Source: Eledone cirrhosa (lineage: Eukaryota). From it: a stretch of 64,000 bases of DNA. Every line of letters starts with the position of its first letter. Position 1 is the first letter of the stretch. The notes beneath the pieces are model-generated. The model saw only the letters and a list, made by a program, of their open reading frames with translations, was not told the DNA's origin and did not search any database. Both the position numbers and the translations under genes were made by a program. Location of the stretch: positions 15,376,001 to 15,440,000 of the forward strand of contig OZ024752.1 of NCBI GenBank assembly GCA_964016885.1, given 5' to 3'. This document shows, piece by piece, positions 1-15,270 of this stretch.

Positions 1-1230
1 TTCAAACTTTCTACAAGACTTTTCGTTTACTCGGTTAGCTTGGACAGCGACTGAATATAATTTTATTGAATTCTTCTCCGTTTTCTTGTGTATATGTAAA
101 TGTTACGTAAATGTAACGTTTTCTCTGTCGTTCCATTCAGATTGTCCTCTATTACTTGAACCTAAACTCGGTTAGCCAATTAATACTTAGGAAACATATT
201 TACAATGGGCCTTAAAACGCCATGATACAACGACGGATGCTCTACACTAGCCCATAATTTAGTAGCTATATTTGTCTTATCTTCGTGCTGATGTTTTTGG
301 ACATGCTGTGATATCAAGAGACTGAAAATAAGCTTCACGGCTTCACCCATGCTTTAATATATGAGGGAACCTGCATAATATGGTTCAATACACATCAATG
401 TAGTTTCATTAAACATCGATGATCAGGCTACAGTGTTCTGTTGACGAAAATTAAGAAAGACCACAATCATTTGAGACAATAAGTTCCAGCCAAAGAGCAG
501 CGCCACTTACTGGCGTGGGACTTCTAAATGTTAAATAGAAATTACTCAGTGATGTAGACTATTATCGAATTAGTAGAGTTGCAACTGGCTACATGTAAGA
601 AGAGTGCTTATTTTGCGCAGTGAAAACTGGGAAGGTAAATCACTAATGATTTCTTTCGATAAACAATTTCCTATACTTCTGTTGGCTAAATCTCTAGAGG
701 CATTGAAAATATAGGTTGCTAGGCTCCAGTAGAATATAAGTTTGTCCAAAAGATGATCAGAAATGATAAACCAATATTTCAGAGGATATCTCCTGGAGAT
801 AGAGATTGTAATAGAAAGTAGAATTTATGCTAGCAGTCAACGCCCATGGACATGTAAATCACCGAATTGAATGATTTATATTATTATATATGTACACATA
901 CAATTCTAAGAATCTTTCCTTGTTAAAAGAGAGACAATGCTTACGATTGTTTCAAGAGCTGCAAATTAAATTAAATATCTTGTGACAAATTCAGGGGGTG
1001 AAAATATAAACGCGTTTTTATAGAAATCGTTTTAAATAAGTCCTTGAAATTACTCATTCTCTGAGATTTCCATTAATAATTAGGAAAGATAGACGACAAA
1101 TGATCGTACTTCATCGCCAACGGTTACCAACCACACTTTTTTTACTGAACACAAGTTCTGTTGTTGAATGCCTCTAAGAGAACTGTTACTACATCTTCTA
1201 CTTTGGCCGGAAAATACATGCAACGAACAG

Positions 1231-1231
<1 letters not shown>

Positions 1232-1283
<52 letters not shown>
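1232..1283. repeat. (GT)n microsatellite
   Basis: Uninterrupted TG dinucleotide run. Confidence 0.95.
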
Positions 1284-1284
<1 letters not shown>

Positions 1285-1742
1285 CCACATTTATGTGTGA
1301 ATTGTATTTTGTGTTTAGAATTGTATGTATGTATTGTATGTATCGTTCATAAATATATATTTCATACACAGAACCTATTTAGCAAATCATTATAACAAAT
1401 GTTTTCACCAGAATTGCATGACATACAGACAGACCTTCTTGAAGTTGGTACACGGTGGAAAGATATGACAAAAGCCACAGGCTCTTCGGTTAGCAGACAA
1501 CCACAGCAGGGATTTAATTTATCTCTTCATGTTTTCATTCTTTCTAATCTATTTGTGTTACTGAAATCCCTGACGGAACACTTATCAGAGTCACCTTAGA
1601 CATATAACAAATACTAAGTTGGACACTGGGTAAAATGATGTTTGGAAAATGGCAATTATTGCCACAATGAGCAGAATATGATTCTTGGTTGGAGATTTCT
1701 GACATACATTACATTAACGTAACAGGATTGTTGTATGCAGGG

Positions 1743-1890
1743 CAAAGCATAGAGTTACCTCCCTTTATGATCTGAGTTCAAATCCCGCTGAGGTTAACTT
1801 TGCCTTTCATCCTTACGGGGTCGATAAAATAAAGTACCAGTAATGCACTGGGATATTTGCTGTCCTGGTGCCAAAAGTAGAAACAATTAT
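1743..1890 (+). mobile_element. tRNA-derived Nin-domain SINE, 5'-truncated
   Basis: B-box-like gagttcaaatccc, Nin-like core ttgcctttcatccttacggggtcgataaaataaagtaccag, 3' end gtagaaacaattat shared with other copies in the window. Confidence 0.85.
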
Positions 1891-2871
1891 ATATCATAAC
1901 ATTGGATAAATGTAAGCAAAGTTGCACATATCTATTAGTATTACAGGCCGACGGAGATCAATGATTTGGTTAATTTCGAAAGAGTCATTGCAATTAGTCA
2001 TGGGTAATTTGAAACCACTCGCAAAAGAAGGTAATGGCATGGGGATAATCAGTATTACAAATAACTCTTTAGTCTGTAAATGATATCTTTTTTTTCAAAA
2101 CTTTTGTGAAATCCATCCGATTCACACTGTCAGAAAGAAACGCATCCCTTTTAAAGAATATTGCTCAAAATGTTTAAACTCAACTTGTACATCTGTTAAG
2201 TAGCAACCAATACTACCACAAATGAGTCATTTTTTAATCAAATAAAATGATTATCTACTTCGATTTTCTAAAACAGATGGAATCTCCTGGAGTTCTAAGA
2301 TATTAAGTAATCTATTCGAGCACTCCACATAGTCATTTGTAACCTGGGTATGTCGTGGTCAACGGAGCAAAGCTGGTTGTTAACAGTCACATATGTTTAA
2401 GTATGCTATAGCAGTGTTGCAAATTGGAACGTGTGATAATTGTTAGAATTGCTGTTATTCATACTGGTATGTCATTTCAGACGGACTCCTTAGATTCGCA
2501 TGTCCATGATCAAGACCGGATGCTGAAGATAGATGGGCAGTGGTCGATAGAAAAATACATCATTACCCTGTAAAAAGGAGAGTAAATTTCTGCGTTTTTG
2601 ACAAGACTTAAATGTGAAGTATAAAGATCTCTGTTTATAAATTCAAAGTTGACTGGCATCAAGATTGTTCAGAAGATAGCAATACATTATTTCTACTCAA
2701 CTGTAGAATGCAGAAAGCGATTCGTTGTATAATAATTTGAATGCTTCTTCTAGAGATAATATATTAACATTTTCGTTGTGTGTATTTTGCCGAAGCAAAC
2801 ACAACTGTACTTTTCATAAATCTTACAGTATCACAAAATCAAGAGAAAACATGTTCACTATAAAACGTAAT

Positions 2872-2874
<3 letters not shown>

Positions 2875-2915
<41 letters not shown>
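2875..2915. repeat. (GA)n microsatellite
   Basis: GA run. Confidence 0.95.
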
Positions 2916-2918
<3 letters not shown>

Positions 2919-3971
2919 AATACGGTTAAATTTATGCAGCAGCGATATTTATGCACAAGTGAAAACATTAAAATATTAATAAACAACATAATGGATATAA
3001 AACAAGAAACCTTTTCAAATTCATTGCACAAAAAAAAAAGAAAAATTAACTATGAATGTTTAAACGTGTCAGGGTGTCGGTCACGATTGAATTAGAAGTC
3101 GAATAAGTGTAAATTTAAAATCAAAATTCCAGCAAGAAAGTCAATCATCGTCGAGTGAAGTAGCAGCGAAGAAATCAGTCGTAAATGCTTACACACATGT
3201 ATATATGTAATATGTGTATGCATTTATGTAGGTACGCACGTATGTTTATATGTACACGCACGCACAGACATACACATGCACACACACACGCACGTACACA
3301 CACACGCACGCACATACATACACACACACGCGCGTGTGTGTGTGTGTGTGTGTGTCTGTGTGTACGTGTGCATTTATTAATGGTAAAAAGTCAGTGTTGT
3401 TACTCTGAATTTTTACCTGATTATCAGAGGAACATCAAACACGAACTGTGATAAACAGGTGAAACACCACTAAGACAAGACTCACTATTTGCCTGAACAA
3501 AAATAATATTAAAACTCCACTTCGGTATTGAATACTCTTTTTATTCAGCTTCAACCACTTATATAATAATATATATAATAATAATCTCAGGATTATGTAG
3601 GAATTGAATATTTGTAATTGTCTTACACGTGTTTCATCGAAGGATATATAAAGAATATGGTAAATGGAAATATTTCTTTAAGCTGCATATTATATATAGA
3701 AATATATCCTTATATTATGAGTTGAGCATAATCACTTTTATAATTTTCGTTTTACCATATTCATTTGTTGAATCATGTAAAAGTCTAATAAATTGGCTTA
3801 AATTTCTTCATAATTCCTGTATTTTTTATCTAAATATTCTGTGCACGAAGAATATCCCGGATTTGTTTCAAAAATATATAATTCCTGAGTCCATATGGAT
3901 TAAATCTTGGATAAATAGATTCGTTATATTTACTAATTGTAGAAACATATTAAGCTTCAAAAAACATTGGC

Positions 3972-4005
<34 letters not shown>

Positions 4006-4149
4006 TGAGTATATGTTGGTTGTGTAACAACACCTCGGTGTGCAGGCTGGAGCACTCGACGAAGTGCGCAGGTTGGTTTGGTTACGCCGGAGTAATGTAA
4101 AATAAAGTAAAATAAACAGTCAAATGTTTAAAATTTAGCTTCGATTATT

Positions 4150-4204
4150 ACTGCTATATATATTTCGGTGAGAGCCATATTTGGCTGTGACCTCTTCAGG
4201 CAGT
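4150..4204 (-). ncRNA. Minimal type I hammerhead ribozyme
   Basis: Minus strand: actgc CTGAAGA ggtcacagcca-aata-tggctctcacc GAAA tatata TA gcagt (stem I actgc/gcagt, palindromic stem III). Confidence 0.75.
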
Positions 4205-4350
4205 CCGAATTAGTGTGGTATAGACAAGTACATATGTTGTTGAGGTGTATAATTTTGTCAATACTCTGATATGCCCACTTCCTGGTTGGGTTATTGACAA
4301 AATTATACACCTCAACAACATATGTACTTGTCTATACCACACTAATTCGG

Positions 4351-4405
4351 ACTGCCTGAAGAGGTCACAGCCAAAGATGGCTGTCACCGAAATATATATA
4401 GTGTA
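4351..4405 (+). ncRNA. Minimal type I hammerhead ribozyme (3' strand of stem I mutated)
   Basis: actgc CTGAAGA ggtcacagcca-aaga-tggctgtcacc GAAA tatata TA gtgt. Confidence 0.65.
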
Positions 4406-4445
4406 ATAAACGAGGCTAAATTTTAAACATTTGACTTTTTATTTT

Positions 4446-4506
<61 letters not shown>

Positions 4507-4737
4507 AATTAAGTCAAATAGGTAAATTTTGGCTTCGTTTATTATAAATTATAGATATACTTCTATATATATTTCGGTGACAGCCATCATTGGCTGTGAC
4601 GTCTTCAAGCGGTCCGAATTCGTCAATACTACGATATGTCCAGCTCCTGGTTGCGTTGTTATTTTTCTGAGGAACTGGGATCATATATATATATATATAT
4701 ATAAGAAATCTCGCAAAACAAATTCAAAAACAAATAT

Positions 4738-4927
4738 ATAATTGTTTCTATTTTTAGACACAAGGCCAGCAATTTCGCAGTACATTACTGGTACTTTATT
4801 TTATCGACGTCGTAAGGATGAAAGGCAAAGTTAACCTCGGCGGGATTTCAACTCATATCATAAAGGGACGTAACTATATGCTTCAAATCATGGCGTCCGA
4901 CTCTCTACCGATACTGCCAATCCAACG
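4738..4927 (-). mobile_element. Nin-domain SINE
   Basis: Reverse complement of the SINE at 14380-14568. Confidence 0.9.
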
Positions 4928-5043
4928 AATATATATATATATATATATTTTTTATGTTATTATAACTTAAATTTAGGAATTTTTAAATTTCCAGTTGGTT
5001 GGTTGGTTCCACAACCAGACGATTGTTCATAAATTCACAAACG

Positions 5044-6422
<1,379 letters not shown>

Positions 6423-6607
6423 ATGTGGTTGACCTCTGGGAGGAAGGTGTACTCAATACCGAAGTAGACGTTTCATATTCATCTTTTTAAAGCTGAAAGT
6501 GAGTCTTGTTACTCTGGAGCTTCGCCAGTTTATCACAGGGAAATCAGACATGTTTTTCTTTGATGACACTGTGATAAAGTTCATAGTAAATTAACATACA
6601 CAATAGC

Positions 6608-6684
<77 letters not shown>

Positions 6685-6791
6685 TTCAGATCTAGCTGTC
6701 GAATCGAAACGGCCGGAGCTCAGCCGTCGGAGTCCTGACTCTGTTCATATATATATATTTAAAAGAATAGAGGTGTAACACACAAGTTATG

Positions 6792-7176
6792 ATATATTGG
6801 TAAACGGAAAAGAAAATGCTGACAAATTGTTCACAGTGAAAAATAGTTTAATTAGGAATAAGTGAAAATTAGTAATATTATTGGTTAGTATTCAGTTTTG
6901 GTTTTAAATTTTACCGGTTGCGCATTTCTGATGCTTTTCAAAAACAATTTTGAGATACAGCGTCCGTGATGTTTGCCCTAATCTGATTAGAGCAAACATC
7001 ACGGACGCTCTATCTCAAAATTGTTTTTGAAAAGCATTAGAAATGCGCAACCGGTAAAACTTAAAACCAAAACTGAATACTAACCAATAATATTACTAAT
7101 TTTCACTTATTCCTAATTAAACTATTTTTCACTGTGAACAATTTGTCAGCATTTTCTTTTCCGTTTACCAATATAT
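6792..7176. repeat. Near-perfect palindrome (192-bp arms, centre 6984) with a variant hammerhead motif in each arm
   Basis: Arms are reverse complements; right arm 7023-7060 reads gttt TTGAAAA gcat-tagaa-atgc GCAA ccgg TA aaac. Confidence 0.85.
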
Positions 7177-7254
7177 ATATATATATATTAGAGATACAAC
7201 GATAAGCAAATAAACAAGTTGATATCGATTAACCGGTTGCTGCTTATTTTTAAT

Positions 7255-7444
7255 ATAATTGTTTCTACTTTAGGCACAAGGCCGTCAAATACCCAGTGCA
7301 TTACTGGCACTTTATTTTATCGACCCCGTAAGGATGAAAGGCAAAGTCAACCTCGGCCGGATTTGAACTCAGATCGTAAAGGGACGTAACTATGCTGGAA
7401 AGCATGGCGTCCGACCCTCTACCGATACTGCCAATCCACCGCCC
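7255..7444 (-). mobile_element. Nin-domain SINE, full length, with target-site duplication (TSD)
   Basis: Matches the SINE consensus; flanked by ttatttttaatata on both sides. Confidence 0.9.
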
Positions 7445-8085
7445 TTTTATTTTTAATATATTGATTTGTTTTCATAGCAAAGCGAGTATTATAATTTATT
7501 TTAGGTAATATGTTACAATTTAGTAATTAATCATCATTACAGATTGACTATTTAGGACCATATAGCGACAAATTCGGCTGATTTTACCATAGTTCATTCT
7601 GTTTATTGCCACGAAACATTCAAAATCTCAAACGTGTGGAATCATATTATCTCAGATCCAGGCCTATACATCTTCATTGTGACGGTAACACTATGTGTTG
7701 TCTCATTAGTTATATTGACATAAAGCAAATATATAAAATGCAATGAACTAAACATTTCATAGAATGCAAGAATGTATTTGTTGTTAGCTATCTAAATTTA
7801 GTCTGTTCATTCTCATGTTACATCTTAACTGATGAGAAACGTGGTAGATGTGGTGGATCCATTTGAGCAGGATCTCCAAAATTGGTGCTCTGCCTAGAAT
7901 TGTTAGCTAAAAGCCTATAGGTTGGAGGTGTTTAAGCACGTCGAATCTATTGGCTCTATAATGTAGAGATGCTTCTACAGGACTAGAACCGTTTCACCAG
8001 GAACGCATTGTTTTGAGTACCCTACTTACTGTGAAGCCGGGATACACGTCTCTCCCTCTCTCTCTCACTCTCGCTCTCTCTCTAC

Positions 8086-8137
<52 letters not shown>

Positions 8138-8899
8138 GTAGAGAGAGGTATTATAAGGTATCTATTTTTAAAGTTCTGGTTAACTTTATTTAGTTACCTA
8201 CCTAGCTATGTGTGCTTACACACTTGTAAAAATTATCTCCTGTGATTATTCATGTTTATTTATATGGTAATCAATTTCTAGTTATTATAAAATGCTCGGA
8301 CCTATCTTAGAGCTTATTTTGCGGATGATATGGCGCATGTCTTTCTGGCATGACACCCATAATCTTGATTATCTTAATTTGGGATATATATATATATATA
8401 TACACATATATATATAAAATTTATCCCGGGTTTAATCGGAGTTAACCACATATTTATATATATATTGTCAACTGGTGCCTCTCCCCTTTTGTGCAGTAGA
8501 TACTTGGCGGGATTTCCTTGTTCCTGGATTGCGTGAATGTATCTTGGATGGAGAATATGATGTGTGAATCCGTCATAAATCCATATCTTATGTTTAGTGT
8601 TGTCTATCCCGTCTATTGTCTGAATATTTTTGTCTCAAGAACCCCCTATAAAGACTTTGCAGTGAAGTATTCTACTCTGGTATTGAGTTCCTATCAGTTA
8701 GATTTGTGTCGTTTAGTTTTTATAGCCTATCTACGTCAAACAGCAAGTTAATGATTCCTGTAACACTGATCAGCTTGCGAGATTTTTCCACCCATTTCGT
8801 TCAGTTATTACGTTGCAGTTAAGCAGGCGAAATGTTGTTAATGTAGGCAAAGGAAATTTACTTTAGTCAATATGTTTATAGTATATATTGAGAGTTCAT

Positions 8900-10400
8900 G
8901 TATGTACGTGTGTATATATGTATGTATGCATATATGTATATTTGTAAGTGTGTATGCGTGTGTGTATGTACGTATATATGTAGGCATGTTTGTGCGTATG
9001 CCTGTATATATACATGCATGTATGTGGAGGGTATGTATATATATATATATGTAAGTGTGTGAGTCGGTATGTATGTGTGGATATGTGTACGTGTGTGTGT
9101 ATATACGTCTGCATTGTCTATGTATAGGCATGTATGTATGTATACGTGCATGTAAGTGTGTATATATGTATACCTGCATGCATGTGCATGTGTGTATGTA
9201 TATATATGCATGAATATATGTGTGTGTGTGTACGTATGTATATTATAAATACCTACTTTCTTGCATGAACAATATTATTTCTATGGGTAATGTTCCATGC
9301 ATGTATGTATGTATATATGTGTGTGTATGTATGTGTATATGTGTGCTTATATTTGTATGTATGCGTACCTATGTATGTATTTGTGTGTATATATGTGTAT
9401 GTAGGGTTCGTGAACAATATTATTGCTATGGGTAATTTTCCATGCATGCATGTATGTATATATGTGTGTGTATGTGTATGTGTGATTATATTTGTATGTA
9501 TGCGTACGCACGTATGTATTTATGTGTATACATGTGTGTGTATGTATGTGTATATGTGTGCTTACATACGTACGCATACATACAAATATAAGCACACATA
9601 TACACATACACACACACATATATACACACAAATACATACATACGTACGCATACATACAAATATATGTATTTGTGTGTATACATGTGTATGTATGTGTATA
9701 TGTGTGCTTATATGTGTATGTATACACATACACACACACATGTATACACACAAATACATACATACGTACGCATACATACAAATATATGTATTTGTGTTTA
9801 TACATGTGTATGTATGTGTATATGTGTGCTTATATGTGTATGTATACACATACACACACACACATGTATACACACAAATACATACATACGTACGCATACA
9901 TACAAATATATGTATTTGTGTGTACACATGTGTATGTATGTGTATATGTGTGCTTATATGTGTATGTATACACATACACACACACACATGTATACACACA
10001 AATACATACATACGTATGCATACATACAAATATATGTATTTGTGTGTATGCATGTGTATGTATGTGTATATGTGTGCTTATATGTGTATGTATACACATA
10101 CACACACACATGTATACACACAAATACATACATACGTACGCATACATACGAATATATGTATTTGTGTGTATACATGTGTATGTATGTGTATATGTGTGCT
10201 TATATGTGTATGTATGCGTACGTATGTACGTATTTGTGTGTATATATATGTGTATGTATGTGTATATGTGTGCTTATATGTGTATGTATGCGCACGTATG
10301 TATGTATTTGTGTGTATATATGTGTATGTATGTGTATATGTGTGCTTATATGTGTATGTATGCGCACGTATGTATGTATTTGTGTGTATATATGTGTATG
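8900..10400. repeat. Compound TATG/TGTG microsatellite with higher-order ~122-124-bp repeats
   Basis: caaatacatacatacgta recurs near 9630, 9751, 9876, 10001 and 10121; a unique segment is duplicated at 9266 and 9411. Confidence 0.85.
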
Positions 10401-10692
10401 TAGGGTCATATTTCATACAGTTCGAGATGATAATATGTAGTAAGATGGTTTTATTCGATACAGTGCTGTTTACTGAAACGTTGCGTTTCCGACGTCGGCA
10501 GTCCATTGTTTGAAATCACTTTACAATTAGATTGGATTAGTTTAGTGAAAGAGTATGTCAGATTTAGTGTAGCTCATTAGACACACCATAATACCTCCGC
10601 CTCAAAATACGGTAACTAATGTTACACCATTTCATAATCAATGCTGTTATGAATCACACACACACAATCACACATATGTACACACACGTATG

Positions 10693-10726
<34 letters not shown>

Positions 10727-10801
10727 ATACACGCATACACAGAAAGGGTCGTAACTGTGTATAATCAATACAGACCGTAATGTGAAACCGCCTTGTTTTC
10801 C

Positions 10802-10978
<177 letters not shown>

Positions 10979-11126
10979 GATATTTAAAAGCGTCGAAGTT
11001 AGTGTTACAGCATATTTATTACAGTGTTACAGCATATTTATAAATATATATATATATATATAACGAAGAAAATATGGTACGGAACCGGATAGACCATAAC
11101 GCACCAAAGTACTCAATACTTAGGGT

Positions 11127-11238
11127 AATAGGAACGAGTAGGACCCCGACGGCTGAGCTCAAGCCGTTTCGACGGCTAATTCTGGACAGAATTAGCCGTC
11201 GAAACGGCTTGAGCTCAGCCGTCGGGGTCCTACTCGGT

Positions 11239-11243
<5 letters not shown>
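11127..11243. repeat. Palindrome from a dispersed family (relatives at 6681-6745, 35030-35190, 49097-49200) with an HHR-like 3' half
   Basis: ggaccccgacggctgagctcaagccgtttcgacggctaattct / agaattagccgtcgaaacggcttgagctcagccgtcggggtcc. Confidence 0.75.
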
Positions 11244-11326
<83 letters not shown>

Positions 11327-11617
11327 TGGCTTCTACGGGAATAGAACTGTTTCATTCGAAGGAAACCATCTGATTTCCTTCGAATCAAACAGTTCAAATC
11401 CTGTAGAGGCTATTTCTATATTAAATATTTATACTCTGCTATGTGGTTACCCCCGATTGAACCCGTGATACACACTCACACACTATATATATATATATAA
11501 TTTAATAAAAACAATGAATAAAAACAAAGAACAAGTTTCTTATATTAAAAAATTCATCAATTTACGATCGTTTCTAGGATATATATGTGTGTTGGTATGT
11601 ATATCTACATATATATC

Positions 11618-11670
<53 letters not shown>

Positions 11671-11699
11671 AATAAAATAACAGGAGGCTGGACTGGTGT

Positions 11700-12850
11700 A
11701 AATCATTGAAAGGTTTATTATACTATGATCATTTTAATGACCGGGTTCCATATGAATCGGGTGATATTATCAGGTATTGGAATATAACAAAGGAATATGT
11801 AAAAAACCATGGGTCCGATTAATCAGAGAGAGAGACAAAGAGGACGACTGACCAACTAGCTGCCCCTACCTCGGCCAGTCGCCCTCAAAGTGGTGGGAAC
11901 TGAATCTACTAATGAACATCTGGTGAGGGGGCGAAGGCTTATAATGCACTACCACCTCACCGCCAAAGAAAAAAGGGGAAGAAAGAAAGAATGGAAGAAA
12001 GAAGAAAAAAGAAAGAATGGAAGAAAGAAGAAAAAAGGAAGAAAGAAGTCAGCGTAAGAGTCACTCTACATTCATGCGAGAAAATGCCGCGAAAAAAATG
12101 CTACTCCAAAGAATCTATAATGGGTGTCTGTATGGTCTAATGTGTGAACCGAAGATTGGAATGTTAAACTTATGTTGTGAATTATAAGATGAAATTAAAT
12201 TAAATTAAAAATATTAAATTGCAAAATGATAAAATGAAAAATAAATTATTAGAAAATTAAAGGTTAAAGTAGGGAGATTTATTTAATGGAACTTACGGAG
12301 TCTTATATGAAAAAATGTATCTCGATAAGATATTAGGATGGGATATAGAGTAAAGATTTCGATTGCGAGTCCCAGCCAGCACCCCCTACAATGAGTCAGC
12401 CAGTCTCGAGTGGTATCGTCCAGCGAAAGAAATGGAAATTAATTTTTCCGAGTACTCTAGGAACGTAGCTACCTTAGGCACCGAGAGCGCTAGCGGCAAT
12501 TCCACAATTTCGACAGGCCATCGTCTATACCAAACGAATATTATTAAATCACACATGAGGGGTTTATTTACGTGCCAGTAGAGGCGTGATACAGCTAATA
12601 GTCATGCCTAAACCTGGAGTATAAGTATAATATGGCGGCCAAAACAGGCGGCGCGGTGGGACCGGCGCAAAGCAGTCCGCTCCGAGTAATTTCGTTTACC
12701 GAAAGAGGAGAAATTTATTTTTCCGAGCAATCAAGGAAGGCTGAAGTTCTCGAGTGCCTAGCGCGCAGCCGGGAAATGTCACCATATAAGTCGAAGGTAG
12801 CAACCCAATGAAAAGTGCAAATAGACCATAATTATTTTAAAGTCCCTGTT
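11700..12850 (-). pseudogene. Heavily decayed Penelope-like element remnant
   Basis: Minus-strand peptide scraps YLHFS, DCSE, FGKRNY and LV*TMACRNCG resemble the PLE RT thumb and GIY-YIG; degenerate HHR-like motif at ~11737-11780. Confidence 0.35.
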
Positions 12851-12937
12851 AGTCCGGGTTATAAGTAATGTGGTTCTTAGGTGGGTAGGGGGCTATGAAA
12901 GGTGCATAATGACCTGAGTAAGGAAAGTTACAAAAAG

Positions 12938-13129
12938 AATAATTGTGTCTACTTTTGGCACAAGGCCAGCAATTTCCCAGTGCATTACTGGTACTTTATT
13001 TTATCAACCCCGTAAGGATGAAAGGCAAAGTTAACCTCGGCGGGATTTGAACTCAGATCATACAGGGAGGTAACTCTATGCTTCAAAGCATGGCGTCCGA
13101 CCCTCTACCGATAGTGCCAATCCACCGCC
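12938..13129 (-). mobile_element. Nin-domain SINE, full length
   Basis: Consensus match; TSD-like ttacaaaaa..ataat on both sides. Confidence 0.9.
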
Positions 13130-14379
13130 TTACAAAAAAAATAATAAAAGCAGGATACAAAGATAAAATACAAATATAAAGATAGAATACATTGATAAAA
13201 ATACATTGATAAAAATACATTAATAAAATAATAAAAAAATGTATAAAGTTAAATAACTAGGCGTGTAGAAAGACGGAAGTATATAAGAACGTATCGGAGG
13301 AATCACAGTGTAGGGGAAATACAATATAGATCAAGTTGTAGTAAGATAATACAGGCTGTACATATATATATAGAGGATGGAGGAGATGGAATGGTAACAG
13401 GTTGTACCTAGTGTACAGTTCGGGTCTCCAAATTCAGTGTGAGTCACAAAAAGTCCTGAGGTATAGAGTAGAGAATTTCAGTCAATACAATACATGTTTT
13501 AGTATAATACTTAGAGTTTTGTCGAAATCGGAATCATCCCGACAAGGAAGTAGTATCGGGTGGGCGGTAGATAAAGCACAGAGCAGCCAAAATCCGAATG
13601 GTAAGTAGATCAGTTAATCCCATGCTGGCAAGGCTGTACACTGAAGTCAGTGCCGCTGTTCAATATTACATTTTGAAGTGCTCTATATATATATATATAT
13701 AAATACTATACATATATATATATAAATACACACACAGTTGTGAGAGAGAGACGCAAAAGGGTTTTGCCCTAATTTACAACGTTGAAAATGATAATTAAGT
13801 TGTGGGCTCCCATTTGCTTATAATAGTGAGAGGTGGGGAGACCAGGAGGGGCGAAGGCAGTGACATTAGGACTTTGATTCTTTTGTATTCAGTCCTTGGT
13901 AGGAATTTGTTTGTGTCAGAAACCTACTTTAAGTTTTAACATCCTCTACCACGTGGAAGCACATTCGCAGGACTTTCTTTAAAAATATATAAAATAAAGA
14001 GGCATTTATTTTACGCCCGTATTGAGTACCTTTAGTTAACAAAGATATGCGTGAGGCTACCGTTGTTTAACAGTAGTGAGAAAATGTTTGTTGAATGTAT
14101 TGAGTACCTTTAGTTAACATTTTATTGAATATATTGCTGTTACGAAAAATATATAGAAAGAAAGAATTAGCCATTTCAAAACACTAGGACATCACTTAGA
14201 ACACACGAAGAAATTCATCTGAAATTTCTTCTCAAACACCAAAAGGTGAAAATAATAATTTACTTTAGTTTTATTAAATGTCAAATGATCGAAGCGACTT
14301 ATCTTGCTCTTACAAGTGGTGTCAATACAGCTCTTCAAACTGACAATGTTATAAAGAAACCATTATTCTAAATGTAAAT

Positions 14380-14568
14380 GGCGGTGGATTGGCAGTATCG
14401 GTAGAGGGTCGGACGCCATGCTTTCCAGCATAGTTACGTCCCTTTACGATCTGAGTTCAAATCCCGCCGAGGTTGACTTTGCCTTTCATCCTTACGGGGT
14501 CGATGAAATAAAGTACCAGTAACGCACTGGGTAATTGCTGGCCTTGTGCCTAAAGTAGAAACAATTAT
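14380..14568 (+). mobile_element. Nin-domain SINE, full length, 18-bp TSD
   Basis: A-box-like tggcagtatcgg, B-box gagttcaaatccc, Nin core; TSD attattctaaatgtaaat at 14362-14379 and 14564-14581. Confidence 0.92.
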
Positions 14569-14599
14569 TCTAAATGTAAATGAGCGCAAAGTGTTACAG

Positions 14600-14631
<32 letters not shown>

Positions 14632-15270
14632 TGTGACACGTCTGTTTCTTTCTTACTGCTTCCCCATTTTTGTGTATCTCTCACTTCCCTTTACACACTC
14701 TAACAGTTACTCTCTCTGTTAGCCCCTTTCTCACCTTTCACTCACTCACTCTCTGCTACTCCCTCTCCTACTTCCTCCCGTTTGACCGGTGTGAAATTCT
14801 TTCCTCACGCATACTTCGACCAGGTCGGTTGTTCTTTATTCTCTCTTGTCTACGATTTCACAGAACTTATGTTCACCGATTTCAGGGACTTGACTCCTTC
14901 TTCCCCCCGTTTGACCTGTGCGAAATTCTTTCCTTACTCACATTTCGACCACGTTTGATGGTCTTTATTCTCTCTCGTCCACGATTTTCACAGAACTTAT
15001 GTTCATCGATTTCAGGGACATGACTCCTTCTTCCTCACTTTTCGTTGCATTACCATCTTTGATTGCTTACAGTCTCGCCCGTCCCCTTATTTACGTATCC
15101 CAACGACTTTCTTTAGCCGTTGCTCGCGTCAACCGGAGGTATATGGTATTTAAAGAGATGAAATACCAATGAAGGTTGGCAATGAAGGTTCAGCATCTTC
15201 TAGCTCGGTTAAACTACTGACATGACGTTCTTTTGAATCGCTTGAACCGGCTTATCCCCACAAGGTTACA
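14632..15270. repeat. Unclassified dispersed repeat with an internal ~129-bp duplication
   Basis: Similar blocks at 48575-49010 (same strand) and ~46490-46730 (opposite strand); internal repeat at 14772 and 14901. Confidence 0.5.

Larger units (their letters stand above)
4103..4451. mobile_element. Fold-back inverted repeat (~160-bp arms) carrying hammerhead motifs; Penelope-like pLTR or retrozyme fragment
   Basis: 4103-4263 is the reverse complement of 4292-4451; each arm has a CTGAAGA...GAAA motif; abuts (TA)n. Confidence 0.8.

Noticed and set aside
1399-1599. 66-aa non-repetitive ORF
   Set aside because: No recognisable motif; length expected by chance
14380-14470. tRNA gene
   Set aside because: The A/B boxes belong to the SINE head; no cloverleaf and no terminator
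14632-15270. Solo LTR (tgtgac...gttaca ends)
   Set aside because: No TSD, PBS or PPT seen; kept only as an unclassified repeat
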